Source: Deltaproteobacteria bacterium (GTDB lineage Bacteria > SAR324 > NAC60-12). From it: a stretch of DNA of 13,485 nucleotides. Location of the stretch: contig JAYOTF010000059.1 in the NCBI GenBank assembly GCA_038150265.1, forward strand, positions 1 to 13,485, given 5' to 3'. Under the pieces are notes generated by a model, which was not told the DNA's origin, did not search any database, and saw only the letters and a program-made list of their open reading frames with translations. Position 1 is the first letter of the stretch, and each line of letters opens with the position of its first letter. Position numbers and translations under genes: made by a program. Positions 9,101 to 13,485 of the stretch are shown piece after piece.

Positions 9101-9203
9101 CATCCAGGAACACCAGGGACGCATCTGGGCGGAACCCGGCCCCCAGGGCGTTGGCACGGCTTTCCACATTGAACTGCCTGCCGGGTCAACCGACCCGGAC
9201 TGA
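6138..9203 (+). CDS. Cytoplasmic multi-PAS sensor histidine kinase (6 PAS/PAC folds + HisKA + HATPase_c)
   Basis: Six PAC-terminal motifs (YQDIT, SQDIT, IQDVT, SQDIT, VHDVT, SQDIT). H-box ASVNHDLRQPL (His codon 8517-8519), N-box QNLVINARDA, G1 DQGSGI, F-box FKPLFSTK, G2 TGLGLAIC. No hydrophobic TM stretch. Start uncertain (ATG 6138 vs TTG 6114). Confidence 0.92.
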   Translation: MTFTRYRLSVSSAASSPQPPPAEGETTLLSLEHLRAAWDVAAVPMMITRVEDGQVRYANEIAAEMLETTVPELTGERIHRYYRPTENRAELLNALQEQGLLKGQRIEGQTHRGRPFVVRANLQVVLFDNEPCTLSTYQDITEEEAARNNLVQENELLSLANSGAQLSCWSWDPETDEVWWDDYHYDLFEIPRGAPVTSKLFLSRVKDQDRGRVEQQKEHPLFVEVHTIEYELDLPSGRRCVIRDHARLLKRGSQKLILGTSQDITRDVEAQEYLQERLELMQMASQLARFGTWAQVPEGGEDWDPALRKLLQIREGEPTGFAKLMERFHPEEAAEQTQRIQAADAQARSGGLATGIYRFLLPDGTERFLQDHVGSYLKNGERRLIGVIQDVTAQELTRRALQQEMEMRLLTSEGVSLCHWTWDAESNESWWDALHYKLFEVELGTPIRAETFLSRVHPRDRERVNEKMRAAATGRSYSIEYELLLPSGQRRVMRDHSRFVKIGRRLKVVGASQDITQDVLLREALEEKLALMNMASEIAKLGFWSEGPEQTEWWSDSLGDLLQRQAGEPESLATFQSRFHPDVKAAQVAESEQADRRALTGESQVNLYHLKLPDQSERLVRGYVGRLDQEGAQRLLGVVHDVTAQEQQRLQLEQELELHRIANQAAKIGYFRRDPETNQTWMDSYLRQLFELPGRGWFDSDLAKERLTAESRAKLQQAREEIIVSGFTELELKLKLPSGEQRILRSHQRLYAEQGKTWVLGISQDITEIVKVWEVIRRNERLYAVGQLAASVNHDLRQPLAILNIELGLLSRKLNSKPFAEFQEHVAAAQSALQHAGSIMDRPVGLGLDQERQPVPLSEVVQQTLKLMSNLLDQQGLRVRFLNHWEAEPAEEPRVLMQATELMLVLQNLVINARDALTARRQETGDWKGATELWIELQPEAPQSVRLSVVDQGSGIPEALLSEVFKPLFSTKSSHKSTGLGLAICQQIIQEHQGRIWAEPGPQGVGTAFHIELPAGSTDPD

Positions 9204-9534
9204 CGATGGCCGGCGCCGCTCCCCAAACCGCAGCTTGCTCCGCAGAGCCCTCTGAGTCATACTGGTTCGTTTGCCAAACGGCTTGCCCTTCCCGACCGAT
9301 CCAGCACTTTTCCCCTAGACGTCCCCTTCGTTATTTCTGCCAGATTTTCCCTTGTTATTTTTACGAGGGAGGTAAAGTGCTCAAATGATTTATTTTTTCA
9401 ATAAATACTATTTTCCCTAAAAATCGGTCCTCGATTTTACTCATTTTTATTCTTTATTTCAGTGGTTTGATTTGGAAAAATGAAGACTCCGATTTTCGTT
9501 TTTTAATTTAATTTTTTGAATATTTTTCATTGTT

Positions 9535-12318
9535 ATGAGAAAAACGGATTGCCAGGAAGCGATCAGGCCTGCGGCGGGGGGTCCTGCGACGAGAAGCTGG
9601 AGGCTCGTGGTGGCTCTCATGCTGGTGGTACTGGCTCCCCTGTGTGGTGGGGCCCGGGAGCGACCTGCTCCGCTGCTGATTGGGCCCGACTTTACGGAGG
9701 CTCAACTCAGTTCACATCTGGAGTACCTGGAGGATCCTTCAGGTGAGTGGACTCCTGCGGACCTGCTGACTCCGGAGGTGGCCTCTCAATTTCAGGTCAA
9801 TGAGCACCCCATCTTCAGTGCGGGCCTGGTGCGGTCGCCATTTTGGTTTCGGTTTGGGGTGAAGAACCTGGAAGCGATTCCACGTGAGGTGGTGCTCTAC
9901 CTGGACCATGAATACCGGTCCATGGACCTGTACGTTCAGGGCCGCGACGGAGTGCAGCCGGTGGCCTCAAAGCAGTTTGCGTCGTTGCTCGACTCCGGAG
10001 CTTCTCGGGAGGAGATGCTGGAAATGCCCTTTACGCTGGAAGCAGGAGCGGAGCAGACGTATTTGCTCCGCCTCGATACCCAGTTTGAGATGAAGGCCAT
10101 GCTGTCGGTGTGGGTTCCGGAGGTGCGCCACCAACAGAATCTGGTGGAGCATCACTTCTACGGATGGGTTTGGGGGGGGGTGCTGATCTTTGCCCTCTTC
10201 TTTGGGATCATCTACTTCTCCATCCGAGATCCGGTTTACCTGTATTACTCGCTGTTTCTGCTCTCCTTCCTGTACTTCCGCATCCTGGAGCGGATCTGGG
10301 TCGATCTGTTTGCGGGCCCGGGAGAGGGAGCTTACTGGCTGGCGGTACTGATGGTGCTGGCCACCATCATCTTTGGGCTTCGGTTTGCGCAAAGGCTGCT
10401 GAATTTGTCGGATGCGTACCCTCGACTGAACCTGCTCACCAACCTGATGGTGTTGGTCACCTTGTTGGTGCTGCTGGTGTCAGAAGACGTCTTTACCAGC
10501 TATGCCGTGGTGTTACCGATGACCATCATTGCGGCTCCTTGGGCCTGGGTCATGGGAATCCTGTCGTGGAGGAAGCGCAATGAAGTGGCCAAGTTCTTTC
10601 TGGCCGGGCTGGGAAGCCTGCTGCTGGTCACACTGGCCATGCCGCTGATGGCGCTGGGAGTGCTGGACTATCACCCTTACTACCGGCCGGCCATTGAGCT
10701 GGCAGCCCTGTTTGACTGTGTCCTGTTTTCGGTGGCGCTCGCCATTCGGTTCCGCCGGACCTACCTGGAGCGCGATGAGGCGCAGCAGCGGGTCATTGAT
10801 GGCCTGCAGGAGAACGACCGCCTGCGGAACAACTTTCTGGCGAATGTGTCCCACGAACTGCGGACCCCGCTGCATGGAATGATTGGGTTGGCCGAAAGTG
10901 TCTTGTCCGAGGCGCAGAAGCGCTTTTCGGAACAGGCGGTCAAGCAACTCAACCTGATTGTGCGCAATGGACGACGCCTCAACGGACTGGTGGACAACCT
11001 GCTGGAGGTGTCACTGGGACGGAACCAGCCTCTGGAGGTGCATCCGGAGGCCGTTCCCCTGGCGCCGCTGGTGCAGGAGGTGATGGGGCTCCTGAGTTCC
11101 CGCGCATCCGGAGGGCTGGTGATGCACAACCAGGTCTCGCTGGAACTGCCACCGGTGCAAGTGGACCGGGCGCGTTTGGAGCAGGTGCTGATCAACCTCC
11201 TGGGCAATGCTCAGAAGTATGCGGGGGAGGGAGCGATCACGGTGCGGGCTTCCTTGCAGGAGGAGTGGGTTCGTGTGGAGGTCGTGGATGAAGGCCCCGG
11301 GATTCCGGAGAAGGACCGGCAGCGGATCTTCAAGGCCTTTGAGCAAGGAACAGCGTTTGCCCGGCAGTCCAACTCCGGGCTGGGGCTGGGGCTGAGCATC
11401 AGCCAGGAAATCATCAAGGCGCATGGGGGAACGATGGGTGTGAGTGACTCACTCCCCCAGCGTGGCAGTGTGTTTTGGTTCACGGTGCCCCTTTCGAAAG
11501 AGGAGGCTTCCGAGGAGGCGAGCGCCTCGCTGGCAGAGCCTCTGCCCGCCTCTCTTGTCCCCGAGGCCCCGCTGAGTTTGCCAAAGCCGCAAGCCTCGTC
11601 TTCTAGCGGAAACGTGCTGGTGGTGGATGATGAGGTCACGAACCTGTACATCATCCTGAACTACCTGGCTCCGATGAACCTGACGATTCATAGCTGCACC
11701 AGCGGACAGGAAGCCCTGGAGCGCTACCAGCAGCAAGCGTTTGACCTCGTGTTGCTCGATGTCCGGATGCCGAACATGGACGGGTATGAGGTCTGTGAGG
11801 TGCTTCGGCAGACGTCTTCAAAGGAGCAACTGCCGATTCTCTTCCTCAGCGCCTTGACCCGCAGTGAGGACCTGGCACTGGGGTTTCAAGCGGGGGCCAA
11901 CGACTACCTCTTCAAGCCCATTGTGCAGGCTGAGCTGTTGGCCCGGGTGCACTCGCACCTTGAGCTGGCGCAACTCAAGCGTGGTCACCAAAGCCAGGAG
12001 GAGGCACGGTCGCAGCAGGTGCTGCTCGCAGAGGCGATGCAGACCTGTGTCCGGGTGTGGGAGCAGGAGCTGCACCAGGACCTGGTGGAGCTTGCCCAGT
12101 CCTCTGGCTTGTGGGGAGCCTACCTTGACAAGACCAATGGCGTTTGGAAGGCCCCGAGCATCAAACGCTACCTGGCGGCCGGAACGATTCCGGACAAGCC
12201 CCGCTGGCGGAAGGTGTTGCAGACGATTGAGTTTCTGCTTCCGCAGCTGAAGTCCTCCCATCCGGAACACGCTCGCCTCATGGCGCACTACCACGAAATC
12301 CGCCAGCGCTTTTCCTGA
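9535..12318 (+). CDS. Membrane hybrid sensor histidine kinase/response regulator: signal peptide + 7TMR-DISMED2-like extracellular domain + 7TM-DISM + HisKA + HATPase_c + REC + uncharacterised C-terminal domain, 927 aa
   Basis: N-terminal hydrophobic signal, LEYLEDPSG...FWFRF DISM-type periplasmic motifs, ~7 TM helices, H-box FLANVSHELRTPL (His440), NLLGNAQKY, DEGPGI, FEQG, GLGLGLSIS. Receiver VLVVDD...LLDVRMP (Asp742)...FLSA...DYLFKP. Exact start uncertain (no clear RBS). Confidence 0.93.
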   Translation: MRKTDCQEAIRPAAGGPATRSWRLVVALMLVVLAPLCGGARERPAPLLIGPDFTEAQLSSHLEYLEDPSGEWTPADLLTPEVASQFQVNEHPIFSAGLVRSPFWFRFGVKNLEAIPREVVLYLDHEYRSMDLYVQGRDGVQPVASKQFASLLDSGASREEMLEMPFTLEAGAEQTYLLRLDTQFEMKAMLSVWVPEVRHQQNLVEHHFYGWVWGGVLIFALFFGIIYFSIRDPVYLYYSLFLLSFLYFRILERIWVDLFAGPGEGAYWLAVLMVLATIIFGLRFAQRLLNLSDAYPRLNLLTNLMVLVTLLVLLVSEDVFTSYAVVLPMTIIAAPWAWVMGILSWRKRNEVAKFFLAGLGSLLLVTLAMPLMALGVLDYHPYYRPAIELAALFDCVLFSVALAIRFRRTYLERDEAQQRVIDGLQENDRLRNNFLANVSHELRTPLHGMIGLAESVLSEAQKRFSEQAVKQLNLIVRNGRRLNGLVDNLLEVSLGRNQPLEVHPEAVPLAPLVQEVMGLLSSRASGGLVMHNQVSLELPPVQVDRARLEQVLINLLGNAQKYAGEGAITVRASLQEEWVRVEVVDEGPGIPEKDRQRIFKAFEQGTAFARQSNSGLGLGLSISQEIIKAHGGTMGVSDSLPQRGSVFWFTVPLSKEEASEEASASLAEPLPASLVPEAPLSLPKPQASSSSGNVLVVDDEVTNLYIILNYLAPMNLTIHSCTSGQEALERYQQQAFDLVLLDVRMPNMDGYEVCEVLRQTSSKEQLPILFLSALTRSEDLALGFQAGANDYLFKPIVQAELLARVHSHLELAQLKRGHQSQEEARSQQVLLAEAMQTCVRVWEQELHQDLVELAQSSGLWGAYLDKTNGVWKAPSIKRYLAAGTIPDKPRWRKVLQTIEFLLPQLKSSHPEHARLMAHYHEIRQRFS

Positions 12319-12497
12319 GCGCGGCCTCTTCTGGCCAACGAATCCCCGGTTGCCTCTGACTGCGTTGGCCGGTTGCTCCGCCTGAGCCTCCCTTCTGGTG
12401 TTCTCCTGAACTCCCCCCTTCTTCTCATGTCCCTTTGTCCCGCGAGCGCCGGGGGCAAGGGGTCCTTCCCCAAGATTGCTCCAATTAATTCAAATAA

Positions 12498-12606
12498 AAT
12501 CAAATCCTTAACGTGAAAGCGCTCTAATTGCGCTGATTTTTATTTTGTTTTAAAAATCAATAATTTAGTCCGAAAAACGCGCTAAATGCGCTGGATTTTC
12601 ACTTGG
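12498..12606 (+). repeat. Copy 1 of ~110-bp AT-rich module: 2 x [IHF-consensus box + ANCGC-N7-GCGCT dyad]
   Basis: AATCAA-ATCC-TTA (12498-12510), AGCGC-TCTAATT-GCGCT (12518-12534), AATCAA-TAAT-TTA (12555-12567), AACGC-GCTAAAT-GCGCT (12576-12592). 80/110 identical to 13089-13198 by hand alignment. Confidence 0.8.
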
Positions 12607-12786
12607 AGGCTGCTTTTGACCACTTAAGCTAGGTTCCCTGAAGTCAAAACGCCTCCAGAGCGGATTGAGCGTGGTGATATGGTCTTGCGGAGGTTTGTGG
12701 CGCCTGGACGAGAAAGCGAGCGATGTGCTGAGTCCTCATTCTGAGGCCAGGGCTGAAGTTGACCAAGACCGAAGGGCCCCTGGGTC

Positions 12787-13020
12787 GTGATTCATTTTCA
12801 CCAGTTCGTTGATCGGAGGAATTCATTGATCTTCAAGTACCGTTACAACTCATTGACCCGGTGCCACGAGCTTCAGATTACTGGAGCCGCCAATAAGGAT
12901 GAGATTGAACTCCTGAATCAAGAGATCCTGAAGTGGCTGCACCCGACCCCGGGAAAAGTCGTCCAGGTCTGCCTGGACTGCTCCGAGTTTCAGGGATATG
13001 AAGAGGAAGCGAATCCCTGA
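12787..13020 (+). CDS. Small hypothetical protein (77 aa), possibly STAS/SpoIIAA-like fragment or pseudogene
   Basis: Protein-like composition. Strand-helix-strand pattern HELQITG / KDEIELLNQEILKWL / VVQVCLDCSEF resembles the first half of STAS-type folds. GTG start, no clear RBS. Confidence 0.45.
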   Translation: MIHFHQFVDRRNSLIFKYRYNSLTRCHELQITGAANKDEIELLNQEILKWLHPTPGKVVQVCLDCSEFQGYEEEANP

Positions 13021-13088
13021 GGGGACCCGTCTGCGGCGAATCCCTTGACGGGGATGTGGAGCCTGAGTTTCGTTAAGAAATAAAAGAA

Positions 13089-13198
13089 TATCAAATGCTT
13101 GAGTCAAAACCGCTCTAATCGCGCTGGACTCTATTTTTGTTTTAAAAAACAGTTACTTAATTCTTAAACCGCTCTAATCGCGCTAATTTTTGACTTGG
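13089..13198 (+). repeat. Copy 2 of ~110-bp AT-rich module: 2 x [IHF-consensus box + ANCGC-N7-GCGCT dyad]
   Basis: TATCAA-ATGC-TTG (13089-13101), ACCGC-TCTAATC-GCGCT (13109-13125), AAACAG-TTAC-TTA (13147-13159, degenerate), ACCGC-TCTAATC-GCGCT (13168-13184). Confidence 0.8.
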
Positions 13199-13400
13199 GG
13201 GGCTTCAGTCAGGAAATTAATCTAATCCCCTTAATTTTTTCAAAGGGAGTTCCCCCCTGCTGTTTATGAAAAATTATATAAATAATGAAAATTGACTTCT
13301 CATCCCGGATTCCTACAGGCCCTACAGCAATGAGTCGCCTTCCATGAAGAAAGCCCGCATCCGGAGCCGAGCCTCTCATCACGAAATTCAGCGATTGAAC

Positions 13401-13485
13401 ATGAACGGGTTCCATAACAAAAGAAGACGGTTGGGGTGGTCCATCTGCTGGGGGCTGCTGCTGCTGGGCGTTGGGGCATGTGAGG
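13401..13485 (+). CDS. 5' end of a putative lipoprotein (runs off the window)
   Basis: ATG 13401 gives MNGFHNKRRRLGWSICWGLLLLGVGACE: basic n-region, hydrophobic h-region, lipobox VGA-C (Cys27). An in-frame ATG at 13344 is an alternative start. Not in the ORF track because it is truncated. Confidence 0.6.
   Translation, partial: MNGFHNKRRRLGWSICWGLLLLGVGACE

Noticed and set aside
9516..9746. 76-aa ORF overlapping the hybrid kinase start, and the other short nested ORFs in the track
   Set aside because: Alternative-frame or antisense ORFs inside supported genes, with G/R/P/S-biased composition and no independent evidence.
12604..12657. Integron attC site
   Set aside because: Bulged hairpin, but it lacks the RYYYAAC...GTTRRRY ends and no integrase is present.
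12498..13260. CRISPR array or CRISPR leader
   Set aside because: AT-rich with IHF boxes like type I leaders, and the 58-59-bp period is CRISPR-like. However, the conserved core is only 15-17 bp, occurs in pairs, the 'spacers' are homologous between copies, and no cas genes are in view.
12850..13415. Minus-strand ORFs 12850-13107 and 13209-13415
   Set aside because: They run through the AT-rich module/intergenic DNA and oppose better-supported plus-strand ORFs. No motifs.

Overview
GC-rich bacterial chromosomal window with five long CDSs. (1) A translationally coupled Mre11/SbcD-like metallophosphoesterase plus Rad50/SbcC-like coiled-coil ABC ATPase pair. It is non-canonical: altered metal ligands and no CXXC zinc hook. 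(2) A convergent ~600-aa flavin-containing monooxygenase with an N-terminal NTF2/SnoaL-like extension. (3) A divergently transcribed cytoplasmic histidine kinase with six PAS-fold domains, five of them built by an exact 251-aa internal repeat. (4) A membrane 7TM-DISM hybrid histidine kinase-receiver carrying an unexplained ~100-aa C-terminal domain. The last ~1.2 kb holds a short STAS-like ORF and the start of a lipoprotein gene. Each is preceded by a copy of a ~110-bp AT-rich module (73% identical by my hand alignment, 591 bp apart). The module consists of two [IHF-consensus box + ANCGC-N7-GCGCT dyad] units and is followed by a hairpin. This module and the kinase C-terminal domain are the least explained elements. 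No rRNA, tRNA, CRISPR array, transposase or integrase is visible.
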